Positions 46,807-56,982 of a DNA stretch of 64,000 nucleotides are shown here, piece by piece (position 1 is the first letter of the stretch; each line of letters starts with the position of its first letter). The stretch lies in IMG/VR virus record IMGVR_UViG_3300031576_000005, positions 1-64,000 of that record. One strand, given 5' to 3'. The translations under genes and the position numbers were made by a program. Under the pieces are notes generated by a model. It saw only the letters and a program-made list of their open reading frames with translations. It made no database searches and had not been told where the DNA came from. The stretch comes from a virus.

Positions 46807-49800
46807 ATGGCAGAAGGAGATTTAAGGTTATCGGTCGTTTATGATGTAAATGATTCAGACCTCCAACGGAAGGTCGCCCAATCTCGCGCCCTTGCCGAAA
46901 GAACTTTTGGTTCACTTAAGGTTGGTTCCCCTAATTTAACAGATTTTAATCGTGGTATCTCTAACGCAAGAGGTAACTTTAATCAGCTCACCGAAGCCTC
47001 AGATGACTTCGGAGACAGCTTAGAACGTGGTTTACGTCGTATTACAGCCCTTTCCATAGCGAGTGCCGCTCTCTTTGGTATTGCGAGAGCTTTTACAGCG
47101 TCTATCACCGCCGCCAAAGAATTAGAGAAGAATTTACAGAATATTAATGTTATTTTGAATTTGCCAAGCGACCAATTAGCCAAATTTGGTAATGATTTAT
47201 TTAATGTTGCTAGAAATACCAAACAATCTTTTGAAGACGTGGCTAAAGCCGCAACAGAATTTTCTCGCCAGGGTTTGGGAGTAGAGGAAACATTAAAACG
47301 TACTCAAGCCGCCCTTATTCTTGTTAATTTGGCTGGCGTTAGCGCGACCCAGGGTACGGAAGCTATTACCGCCGCCATTAACTCCTTTTCTAAAGAAAGT
47401 CTTTCGGCTATTGATATTGTTAATAAGTTAGTTGCTGTTGATGCTAAGTTTGCAGTAAGTTCAGCGGATTTGGCCGAAGCTATTACTCGCGTAGGTTCAA
47501 CGGCTCAAGATGCTGGTGTTGATTTTAATCGTTTGCTCTCGATTGTAACGTCTACACAACAAATTACTCAACGTGGTGGCGCTGTTATTGGTAACGCATT
47601 AAAAACAATCTTTCAAAGAATTCAAAGACCCGAAGTTCTCGAACAATTAGAGCGATTAGGTATTCAAGTTAGAGAAACCGATAGAGTTACAGGGCAATAT
47701 ACCGGAAATCTTTTGTCTGCCGATAAAGTATTAAGACAACTTGGTGTCACTTTTAAGGATTTAAATCAAGAACAAAGGGCACAAGTATCAGAACTAGTTG
47801 GTGGTGTCCTTCAAGGCAACATTTTAAGAGGTGTTTTAAATGGACTCGCTTTTGACCAAGCAGCCTACGAGACAGCATTAAAATCAACCGACGAGGCCAT
47901 TCGACGAAATGCTCTTTTATTAGAAACTCAAGACGCAAAACTCAAACAAGTAGGAACTAGCCTCCAACAACTTGGCGCTAACGTAGGTAAAGTTGGTCTT
48001 GGTGATTTTATCAATGATTTATTAGGTGGTTTAACAACTCAAACAGGTGGAATAACCTCAAATTTACTTGGGGGATTATTAAAGAATTTGTCTGGCCAGG
48101 GTAGTGAAATTGGCAATGAATTTGGCAAAGTATTTATTAAGGGTTTTTCTGATATTTTACTTGGACCTGGCTTACTTACTGTTGGCATTATTGGAATTAG
48201 AATAGTCCAACAACTAAAGAAGTTTACAGAAAAAAGCCTTGGCGGGCTTTCTCCCTTTAGTGAAAAAGATGCTGCCATCCAGCAACAAATTGGTAAATTT
48301 ATCGGTGACCAATTTCAAAAAATCCAGGCTATTAACGCATCTACCGCTGATAAGATTACTAAAGAAGAACAAATACTTAATCTATTTAGGGCACAGAATG
48401 TTCAACTAGCAGAACAGAATGCTTTAGCAGCCTCTACAGCCGCGATATTAACAAAAGGAGGCGTTGGTAGAACTATCGTCAGGTCTACTGGTGGACCAAA
48501 AATTCGTAATGCCGCAGATGGCGTTACAGAAGCTTTTGTAAGAGAAAATAATGCAATTTCAAAAGGTGTCGGTGGTGCGACATCAAGTGCTAAGCCAGTT
48601 TTTTTACCCAATTTTAAATTTAATGCAGGAATGGGTATTGTTGCGAATACTGATGAATTTTTAGTGCCAAATCACGCGGGGTCTGGAATGCCAGCCATAT
48701 TTAATAAGGATATGGTTCGGAAGTTTGGACTTCCAAACGGCGCGAGAAGAATAAGCGCTGCGGAAGGAGTTGCGGCACCCCCACCGGAACTAACTGGATT
48801 ATTCACTCCAGAAGGCGGGGCATTTCTTAATGTTAGAGCCTCAACAACCGCTGGTTTTGCTCTAAGAGCTTTAATAGGTCAAAAAATAGAAAACATTACT
48901 CCCGAAAATAATCCATTCGAAGGCACTCTTCAAGATGTATTAAAAAGAAACAAAAAAATAATAAGAGAAATTCTTAAAGAAAAGAAATCCTTATTTTCTT
49001 TTGTTCGTGGTAAACCCCGTATGATACGTGGCTTAGCTTCTGGTTTTATCCCTAATTTTCCAACCGGTTTGGAAGGATTAACTGGCTTATTTACTCCAGA
49101 ACCAACTGATTTTGGTGGGAAGATTGGTTTGGGAAATATTAGGGACAAAAGAATATTGGCTACCCCATTAAGAAAAATATTAAGAGAAAGAGGGGTTAAA
49201 GACCCATTTGAAGGTAGTATTCAAGATGTTTTAAAAAGAAATAAACCCATCGCTAGACAATTATTAAGAGAGGGAAAGGGTTTATTTTCTCTTGTCCGTG
49301 GAAGACCTCAAATTATACAAGATTTAGCGCATGGATATATTCCAAATACGGCGGATGGTTTTCCTCTTACAAAAGAGCAAATCGCACAATTGGATGCTCT
49401 TTTAAAACAAGTTCAACAGAAAGGGACACAAGGACAAACATTCACAGGCTCACAACAAATAATTCCACGAACCGTTACATTACAAAGTAAGCCGGTCGGC
49501 GGTCCTATAAAACCCTTAACTCCCGCAACGGTACAAATTCCTACAATAGCAAGCGTCAAACAACAACAATTTGGACCACAAGGAATTACGTTAGGAAGTT
49601 TGCCAAATCAACCATCTGGATTACCACTACCCAACCTACCACAATTATCACAAATACGTGCTACCAGCAAGGAAGTATTATCTGGAACAGGGCTGGCTAC
49701 AGTCAAAAAAGCGACTAAAGCCTTTGGTGAAGTCGGCGATGTAAGTCAAGAATTAAAAAGAACGATTGAACTCCAGACAAGAACAATCCATAATAGTATA

Positions 49801-52800
49801 GATGTTTTAAATAGCAGTAATACTTCCGAAAAACAAAAAGCCGCCGCTACAAGAGTTTTGACGCGCACTACAACATCGCTTAAAGAAAACATCTCAAAAA
49901 CAAAAACAATTGGCGGCACAGAATCTTTTCAACAATTAATAAGCTCTCGTTCCACCGCTCCAGTAGAGAAAGAATCTTTAAAAGGGGTTGAAAATGCGTT
50001 AATTTCTAATACCAATGCTCAAAAACTTCAGGCTAGTATACAGAGAAGCAGAGACGTTAAAGAAATAACCGCCACTAGAATTGATGAAATCAATGCAACT
50101 CTAGCAAGAAATGCCGAAGCTAGAAATTTAGGGAGAACTCCCTCTAATTTTGCTAAAACAATTGAGACCGCAGTAAATAATCCTATTTTACGTTTAGAAA
50201 AAGCTTTAATTAGTAAAGGTCTAACTCTTTCTCCATCAACTATAAGTAAATTTGGTGGGGCTGGGACAGCCTTAGCATTTGCCGCTCCTTTTGCAATTGA
50301 AGGGGCTGGTGCTTTGCTTACATCGGGTGAGCGAGACCAAGTGACACGAGAAAGAAAACAAAGAGGTTTTAGTACTGCCGCGACAGCCGCATCTACAGCG
50401 GGTCTATTAGCAAGCGTTGCTCCCGCATTAGGCCCAATCGGTGGAACCGTCGCATTGGGAGCCGCTGGTATTGTTGCGGCTGGTGGAGCACTTAAAGGTT
50501 TTTTTGAAGGGACTACCGATAGTGCCGAAGACACCGCTAAAAGAGTAAACAATCTAGCGAGCGAAACACAACAACGAATTCAAGCGGCACAAAGTTCTTT
50601 GGGTGGACTAGCAAGAATTCAACAATTAAGAGAAGAAAAAGCGAGACCAGAAGATATTACGGGATTTATCAAAGAAGCTTTACGAGCGGCTCAAACTATA
50701 GAAAGCCCAGGAGTTCGGGGTCAAGTAAAAAATTTATTGTTACAGCCAAGCTTTGCACAAGCCGATTTAGATAAATTAAATACAAGCATACAAAAATTTA
50801 GCGAATCAGAACAAAGAAAATTAGTAACAAGCGCACCTAATGTTACAGATGTTTTTAATAAAGTTTTTGACGAACTAAAAACAACTAGAACGTTTTTGCC
50901 TCGGCTTGGAAAAACCGTTGAAGCCAGAGAGGGTTTAAATCAAGCCACCGTTAATGCGCTTACAGAAATAGCTCAAGCGAATTTAGAGAGAGGAACTCCG
51001 GAAGAAACAGCTAAAGCAATTGGAGGCCAGATAGCAAAAATTCAAGGTGTTTCTCCTCAAATTAGTAAACTTTTAAGCGGCGCTCAAATTGGACAATTTC
51101 AAGCATTAGGTGGGCCGGCAGATGAATTTGTTATTCAGGCCAACGAACAACAACAACAATTAAGAGAAGATATCATAAGCGCCCTTTCTCAAGGATTGAC
51201 GAAAGGCCAAGTTCAAGGGGCGCAAAAGGGATTCGATATTATACGAACTTCACAAGATATTCAGGAAGTTAATGATGCTATTTTCAATGTTGGAGAAGTT
51301 GCTAAAGCTACAGTTCCAGGACTTCAAAATGCGGCTGAAGCCAACTTAAAGCTTAAGAAATCTCAACAAGAATATGTTAAATCTATCGATTTGGGAAACG
51401 TAATTCTGGAAAGAAGCACAAAACTTCAATTAGAAAATTTAAAAGCTCGTGGCCAGTTTGATGTATCTAGAGTTCAGGCATTATCAGCACAACAAGGAGT
51501 CATACAATTAAGAAGACAGGCTGGTGCTGGCGAAAGCGAACTACAAAATAGAGCACTTCAAGACGCAATAAAAAATTTACCAATCGATATAGCTCAAGAA
51601 CAAAAAGAGGCCGCTCAATCTCAAGCCGCTTCGTTCGCCAAATTTGCAGACTCTCAATCCACTCTTACAACCTTTAAAACAAAATTAAACGACCCAAATG
51701 CTGAAAAACTTCTAAAAATTATAAAGAGTCTTAACGGCGCCAACAACCTTGATGAAACAAGCGCGACAATTCAAAGTCTTATTAAAGAACTTACTGTTTT
51801 AGCTGGAAAAAGTGGTATTACAGATAATGAGTTAGCTGATTTAACCAAAGGATTGGGCAAGTTTAATTCGGACGTTGAACTCATCAATGAAACACTTAAA
51901 AACAACGCCGCGCTACAAGGAGCAAAACTTCAGGCTGAACAAGAACAAGGGGTTAACGCTCGATTGTCTTTTCTGTCTCCTGAGTTCGCTAATATTGCTA
52001 AACTTCAAAGTCAAGCTCGATTTGTTGGAGGTCAACCTGCGTTTGGTCCAGAAGAAAGAGGCCAAAGGTCTCAGGAAACATTGGGAATATTGAATGCCGT
52101 TAGTGAGTTGGCTGCAAAAACTAAAGTTGAAACTCCAGGAGTAGCTAAAGCTATAGAAGAAGTAACCAAACAAGGAAGGGCAATAGATGTTGAATTAGTG
52201 GATAAACTTATAACACAGATTTCTACGGGTGGGGCATTTCAAGGTTCTGAAGAAGCTCTTAAAACTTTAAGAGAGATTAGAGACGCTCAACTCAATCAAC
52301 AAAAAATACAAAATAATTTACCACAAGTTGAACAAATTCAAGCGGCTGGAAAAGCTAGAGGAATAGATATTTCGGTAGAGGATGCTATTAAATTATTAGA
52401 TGCAAAAACTCAAGAGCTTGAATCCGCTGCAACGAAAGCATTATCCGAACGACTTAATGTGCAACGTGGCGGAGAAATTAATTTTAGCACACCAACACCA
52501 ACCGAACTTGCCATAGAAGATATTAAAAAATTAGACATATTTAAACCATTCACTACGGCCACAGAGCTAGTTTCAAAAACAGCCGAAGATTTTAATACCG
52601 GAAGATTTGTAGAATCTGTAGATAGACTTAGTGTTTTAGCAACAGATGGTATTCCCCTTACTATTAAAGGTGAAAAAATTGAAATAGGTTCTAATTTTGC
52701 GATTAAAGTCGAAGGAAGTGATGAATTATCAAAAACCGTGGCTGAAATAGTTAATAATACTGTAATAGATGCTTTGGGCGCATCCGATATTAATCAAAAG

Positions 52801-52872
52801 CTTTCTGATATTTTTGCTCGCATTGTTTTATTAGAAAATGGTTTAGGGAAACCACGACCACCAACTACCTAA
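46807..52872 (+). CDS. Tape measure protein
   Basis: 2021 aa, Ala/Gln-rich; TP901-type core (EFSRQGL...DAKFAVSSADLAEAI.RVGS.A...GNALKTIF.RI); hydrophobic TM-like segments. Confidence 0.9.
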   Translation: MAEGDLRLSVVYDVNDSDLQRKVAQSRALAERTFGSLKVGSPNLTDFNRGISNARGNFNQLTEASDDFGDSLERGLRRITALSIASAALFGIARAFTASITAAKELEKNLQNINVILNLPSDQLAKFGNDLFNVARNTKQSFEDVAKAATEFSRQGLGVEETLKRTQAALILVNLAGVSATQGTEAITAAINSFSKESLSAIDIVNKLVAVDAKFAVSSADLAEAITRVGSTAQDAGVDFNRLLSIVTSTQQITQRGGAVIGNALKTIFQRIQRPEVLEQLERLGIQVRETDRVTGQYTGNLLSADKVLRQLGVTFKDLNQEQRAQVSELVGGVLQGNILRGVLNGLAFDQAAYETALKSTDEAIRRNALLLETQDAKLKQVGTSLQQLGANVGKVGLGDFINDLLGGLTTQTGGITSNLLGGLLKNLSGQGSEIGNEFGKVFIKGFSDILLGPGLLTVGIIGIRIVQQLKKFTEKSLGGLSPFSEKDAAIQQQIGKFIGDQFQKIQAINASTADKITKEEQILNLFRAQNVQLAEQNALAASTAAILTKGGVGRTIVRSTGGPKIRNAADGVTEAFVRENNAISKGVGGATSSAKPVFLPNFKFNAGMGIVANTDEFLVPNHAGSGMPAIFNKDMVRKFGLPNGARRISAAEGVAAPPPELTGLFTPEGGAFLNVRASTTAGFALRALIGQKIENITPENNPFEGTLQDVLKRNKKIIREILKEKKSLFSFVRGKPRMIRGLASGFIPNFPTGLEGLTGLFTPEPTDFGGKIGLGNIRDKRILATPLRKILRERGVKDPFEGSIQDVLKRNKPIARQLLREGKGLFSLVRGRPQIIQDLAHGYIPNTADGFPLTKEQIAQLDALLKQVQQKGTQGQTFTGSQQIIPRTVTLQSKPVGGPIKPLTPATVQIPTIASVKQQQFGPQGITLGSLPNQPSGLPLPNLPQLSQIRATSKEVLSGTGLATVKKATKAFGEVGDVSQELKRTIELQTRTIHNSIDVLNSSNTSEKQKAAATRVLTRTTTSLKENISKTKTIGGTESFQQLISSRSTAPVEKESLKGVENALISNTNAQKLQASIQRSRDVKEITATRIDEINATLARNAEARNLGRTPSNFAKTIETAVNNPILRLEKALISKGLTLSPSTISKFGGAGTALAFAAPFAIEGAGALLTSGERDQVTRERKQRGFSTAATAASTAGLLASVAPALGPIGGTVALGAAGIVAAGGALKGFFEGTTDSAEDTAKRVNNLASETQQRIQAAQSSLGGLARIQQLREEKARPEDITGFIKEALRAAQTIESPGVRGQVKNLLLQPSFAQADLDKLNTSIQKFSESEQRKLVTSAPNVTDVFNKVFDELKTTRTFLPRLGKTVEAREGLNQATVNALTEIAQANLERGTPEETAKAIGGQIAKIQGVSPQISKLLSGAQIGQFQALGGPADEFVIQANEQQQQLREDIISALSQGLTKGQVQGAQKGFDIIRTSQDIQEVNDAIFNVGEVAKATVPGLQNAAEANLKLKKSQQEYVKSIDLGNVILERSTKLQLENLKARGQFDVSRVQALSAQQGVIQLRRQAGAGESELQNRALQDAIKNLPIDIAQEQKEAAQSQAASFAKFADSQSTLTTFKTKLNDPNAEKLLKIIKSLNGANNLDETSATIQSLIKELTVLAGKSGITDNELADLTKGLGKFNSDVELINETLKNNAALQGAKLQAEQEQGVNARLSFLSPEFANIAKLQSQARFVGGQPAFGPEERGQRSQETLGILNAVSELAAKTKVETPGVAKAIEEVTKQGRAIDVELVDKLITQISTGGAFQGSEEALKTLREIRDAQLNQQKIQNNLPQVEQIQAAGKARGIDISVEDAIKLLDAKTQELESAATKALSERLNVQRGGEINFSTPTPTELAIEDIKKLDIFKPFTTATELVSKTAEDFNTGRFVESVDRLSVLATDGIPLTIKGEKIEIGSNFAIKVEGSDELSKTVAEIVNNTVIDALGASDINQKLSDIFARIVLLENGLGKPRPPTT

Positions 52873-52874
52873 TT

Positions 52875-54467
52875 ATGGCTACTATTAAATATGGTGCTTT
52901 AAATTTGGTGCCATCACCAGAACTCGGATTAACTCTTGAATCCAAATTTGTTGGAGCAGATATTCGATATTCTTTAAGTAAAGTCTATTCACTTAGAGGA
53001 ACGATTCTTTCTAATCAAACTAGTGGCTTTTCCGGTATCTATATCAAACAAAATGATATTATTACTGGCTTCCAACCAAACTATCTGCCATTTGAAGTTA
53101 ATGGTGTTATAGTTGGATACCCACAAATAAAGTCAATTGCTTTTGATAATAGTAATTATTTACTCAAGAATGCTTATAACATTCAGTTGGAAATCCTTGA
53201 TAGCGGAAATCCCTTTCAGTTTACAGGAGCGAACTATGGATTTACTGGAGTTACGGGGTTATTTCATAATATAGAATCGATAAGCGAAAGCCTAGATTAT
53301 TCGACAGACTTCAGAACCTATAGCTATACCCATTCCGTTGATTTAACATATCGTAGTGGATTTAATATTGACCCATTATTAAATGCGAAATTGATATCAT
53401 CGGGTATTTTAAATAATAAAACAGCTTTTCCGTTTATAACATCGGGTGGTATTTCGGGCGTTAAGACATATGAAGAAAGAACGGATGTGTTTGGTGGAGA
53501 ATACAGTGTTACTGAAAAATTCCAAGGAACTACTGGGAACCTGGCTTATACTCATCTTTTTTCTCTTGCGTTGAATCTTGACAATAATGGGATTACTACT
53601 GTTTCTCAGAACGGCGAAGTGGTTGGTTATGACCCAAATAAATACCTTCAGGCGAAGTCTGGATATACAATAGAAATTACGGGGGCTTATAATAATTGTA
53701 ACACTTTATATGCTAGAAGTTCTCCTTTTAACTTAAACACAACATATCTTACTGACAATAGGATAGATGATATAAACCTTGGTAAAATCACTTATAGTCG
53801 TTCATTTAGTGATGAGACGGGTGTATCAAATTTTAGATGGCAATACTCGCACTCTATGGAGCTTGATGAAAATTATATTAGGCTTTCTGAGAATGGGAAT
53901 ATTTTAGGATTAGACCATGCGAGCACCAGATTTGCTACTTCAAGCGGTGGATGGAATACTGTGAAAACTGGTATATCAGAACGACTTTTCGCACAGTACT
54001 CAGGGTATAACCAGACGGGAATAATTTACCCCATAAGTCGCACGCAAACTTTCGACCGTTTCAATGGTGGAATCACATACAATTATGAGTACTCTAATAA
54101 GGGAATTTTCAATCAAACAAGTGGAATAAAATCACATAATACCACAATATCAGATAGCGTCGTGACTCACGCCGTCGCGAGTTTTAATATCGTAAATTCA
54201 TCCGTGATAGTCCAAGACCTAGAAACCACGAGGCCCGGTACTAGAAGCGTGTCCTCAGACATCGTATATTTAAGAGAAACACCTACTACAGGGTTTTTAC
54301 AATTTACTACTAATCTTTTGAATTCTCACCGTCCTACAGGTGTAGATTTTATAGACCCATTTCTCGAAAGATTGAGCTTGAATCATTCTCCATTATCGAA
54401 TAATATAAGGGTGGATGCTAGCTATAATTTTAGGGGTCTCCGCACAATTTCAGGTTTCGACCTTTAA
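52875..54467 (+). CDS. Tail-tip/baseplate protein, paralog of 55368
   Basis: After TMP; repeated NG.I.G...ITY..SF domains. Confidence 0.65.
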   Translation: MATIKYGALNLVPSPELGLTLESKFVGADIRYSLSKVYSLRGTILSNQTSGFSGIYIKQNDIITGFQPNYLPFEVNGVIVGYPQIKSIAFDNSNYLLKNAYNIQLEILDSGNPFQFTGANYGFTGVTGLFHNIESISESLDYSTDFRTYSYTHSVDLTYRSGFNIDPLLNAKLISSGILNNKTAFPFITSGGISGVKTYEERTDVFGGEYSVTEKFQGTTGNLAYTHLFSLALNLDNNGITTVSQNGEVVGYDPNKYLQAKSGYTIEITGAYNNCNTLYARSSPFNLNTTYLTDNRIDDINLGKITYSRSFSDETGVSNFRWQYSHSMELDENYIRLSENGNILGLDHASTRFATSSGGWNTVKTGISERLFAQYSGYNQTGIIYPISRTQTFDRFNGGITYNYEYSNKGIFNQTSGIKSHNTTISDSVVTHAVASFNIVNSSVIVQDLETTRPGTRSVSSDIVYLRETPTTGFLQFTTNLLNSHRPTGVDFIDPFLERLSLNHSPLSNNIRVDASYNFRGLRTISGFDL

Positions 54468-54481
54468 ATAAAAATAAACAT

Positions 54482-55375
54482 ATGATAATTTGTTTAAATT
54501 TTTTGAGTACATACGAAGAAGGGAAAAGGCATTATACAAAGAGTCTCGTTAAGTGTGATGACTGTGGCACCGAGAGAACAATAAGTAAGAGTCATGTTAA
54601 TGAAGGAATTGGCGTAAAATATTGCCGTATTTGTTCGCAAAGGGGAGATAGAAGTTGTCATAAAGGAAAACATCTAACCGAAGAACATAGAAAAAAAATA
54701 TCAAATTCTACCAAAGGAGAAAATCACTCATTTTTTGGAAAGCATCATTCTGAAGAAACTAAACAAAAACTCAGAGAAGCTAATCTTAATAAAGAAGTTT
54801 CCGAAGAAACTCGAAAAAAATTAAGTTTGGCATCCAGCGGAGAGAAAAATCCTAATTATGGTAAGAAACATTCTGAAGCGACTAAAGCAAAAATATCTTT
54901 AACCCACAAAGGGAAAATTATATCAGAAGAAAGCAAAAGAAAAATGTCTTTGGCAGCAAAAGGAAGGATATTTACAGAGGAACATAAACGCAAACTATCT
55001 ATTGCTCTTTCTAGCACTAACAATCCGAACTATGGGAAATATGGTGAAGAAAGTCCGAACTGGAACGAAAATTTAACGAAACAAGACAGAAAGGATAGAA
55101 GGGGTATTTTTGAATATAAAGATTGGTGCTTAAAAATTAAGCAGCGAGATAACTGGAAATGTCAAATTACCGAAGATGATATTGGCGGAAATTTAATAGC
55201 ACATCATTTTTATAATTGGACTTATTATCCAGAAAAACGCTTCGATATAAATAATGGCATTACGCTTAGAGAAGACATTCATATACTTTTTCATATGATT
55301 TTTGGTTGGAGACATAATACTACAGAACAATTCGAAATATTTAAACAATATATGGCGGAGGTATTAAATGTCTAA
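54482..55375 (+). CDS. Zn-ribbon/NUMOD3/HNH endonuclease (copy 6)
   Basis: Six NUMOD3 repeats; AHHFYNW...NNGITL. Confidence 0.85.
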   Translation: MIICLNFLSTYEEGKRHYTKSLVKCDDCGTERTISKSHVNEGIGVKYCRICSQRGDRSCHKGKHLTEEHRKKISNSTKGENHSFFGKHHSEETKQKLREANLNKEVSEETRKKLSLASSGEKNPNYGKKHSEATKAKISLTHKGKIISEESKRKMSLAAKGRIFTEEHKRKLSIALSSTNNPNYGKYGEESPNWNENLTKQDRKDRRGIFEYKDWCLKIKQRDNWKCQITEDDIGGNLIAHHFYNWTYYPEKRFDINNGITLREDIHILFHMIFGWRHNTTEQFEIFKQYMAEVLNV

Positions 55376-56981
55376 AATTTTTTACAACGGAATAAATATT
55401 TTTACGTCTCAACCCACGCCATTGGTATCTCGCACAATCGAGCCAATTTTTAGGAAAGATGGCAGACAGCTTGCTATGGTAGAAAAAATTTCTTTGGTGG
55501 GACAAATTACGGGATGCGATTTTTCCACCATATCAGGATTCCAGTCTGTTATTAGTTCTGGATTTAACAGAGACTTCGGGGATTTGCGTTTTGAAGATTA
55601 TAATTTTACTGGGACGGCATCTGGATGTAAAGTTTTAAGCGTTGATTTTCAGCAAGGCACAATGGTCGGCATCCAAAATTATACGATAAATCTCCAGTCT
55701 TATAATGAGTCGTTTTACGAGACAATCGGGATAATAGAAAAGAAAAATTCTTGGTCAATATCGCAAGAAGAAAATGGAAACACCAACATAACCCATGAAA
55801 TCTTCGCAAAGGGAGCGAATACAGGACCACAATATAACAATGCCTTCGATAAAGCAAAGAGCTTTGTTCTCTCACTAACTGGATTTAATCCACCGTCTTT
55901 ATTTCCTTTTTTTATTTCGGGGTTTTCAGGTTCCTTGGATTCGAGGTCAGAAAATATAAATCGCTTGGAGGGTACATACGGAATATCAGAATCTTATGTT
56001 GGTAGTAGTGGAAATAAAATCTCGCAAGAAACAACTATTAATTTAACCTCCGGAAATGATGGAATTATACAAGTAGATGTTAACGGAACTTTTCGTGGTG
56101 GAAAAAACGAAAATTTCGATATAGTTCGTACAGCATATTCGGGATTTGATGCTTTTGCCTACGTGACTGGAATGTATTTTGATTATAGAAAAGTCACGGG
56201 ACTTTTTTCGTTGCCACTTTCAAGCGGTTATACAGAGAATATACGCGACGGCTCAATCGATTTCAATATAAGTTTTAATGATTATCCGACTGTCAGATTT
56301 AAACACGTTCCCAGCATCCAAATCACATCAGGACAAGACGGTATTATCACAGCGTCATTAAACGGCGAAGTTCAAGGCTTGGGACGCCAACGGCCACTAA
56401 GATATGATAATGCATATAATTTTTTCACCGGTTTAAATATCTTCAATCTCGCCAATGAAGAATATAATATTTATGTAGGCACTGGCTATGGATATTCCCT
56501 CAATACATTTCCGCTATCTTCCGGTATTGGTATAGACCGATTCGGTGGTAAGATTACTTATAATGTAACATTTAATGATAAGCCGCTTGGCCTGAACTGT
56601 TCCGGAATTAAAAACTTTGACTATTCCGTTCGTAAAGAGTATGCCATGAGAGCACTAAGATTTGGGATGGTTCCGTATTCTGAATCAGGCGGATGCGTTC
56701 AAGATTTAAATTATGCCTCAAGAGCTACGATTTCCGTAAATGGAAATGTCTTATCAAATCCCTCGGTATTAAGAGCAAAAACCGCCGCACAACAATTTGT
56801 TAATTATAAATTTCGGTTGCAGTATATGCAAGGAAGAGATAATATGATATTAGACGGGGGTTCTATATCTGAAAATATAGATTCAAATTCAGCCACATTC
56901 GATTATAATATTTCATTTGATGAAGCCGCGCCAATTAATGCCGATGTGAGCTATACATTTATTACGGGGTTGACAATTTAA
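55368..56981 (+). CDS. Tail-tip/baseplate protein, paralog of 52875
   Basis: TSG.DGII...NG...G repeats; DRF.G.ITY shared with 52875. Confidence 0.65.
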   Translation: MSKIFYNGINIFTSQPTPLVSRTIEPIFRKDGRQLAMVEKISLVGQITGCDFSTISGFQSVISSGFNRDFGDLRFEDYNFTGTASGCKVLSVDFQQGTMVGIQNYTINLQSYNESFYETIGIIEKKNSWSISQEENGNTNITHEIFAKGANTGPQYNNAFDKAKSFVLSLTGFNPPSLFPFFISGFSGSLDSRSENINRLEGTYGISESYVGSSGNKISQETTINLTSGNDGIIQVDVNGTFRGGKNENFDIVRTAYSGFDAFAYVTGMYFDYRKVTGLFSLPLSSGYTENIRDGSIDFNISFNDYPTVRFKHVPSIQITSGQDGIITASLNGEVQGLGRQRPLRYDNAYNFFTGLNIFNLANEEYNIYVGTGYGYSLNTFPLSSGIGIDRFGGKITYNVTFNDKPLGLNCSGIKNFDYSVRKEYAMRALRFGMVPYSESGGCVQDLNYASRATISVNGNVLSNPSVLRAKTAAQQFVNYKFRLQYMQGRDNMILDGGSISENIDSNSATFDYNISFDEAAPINADVSYTFITGLTI

Positions 56982-56982
56982 T

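Noticed and set aside
16869-55375. Group I introns or inteins housing the HNH genes
   Set aside because: Flanking genes look complete, and the HNH ORFs abut neighbours with no room for intron core structure. No intein motifs were seen in TerL.
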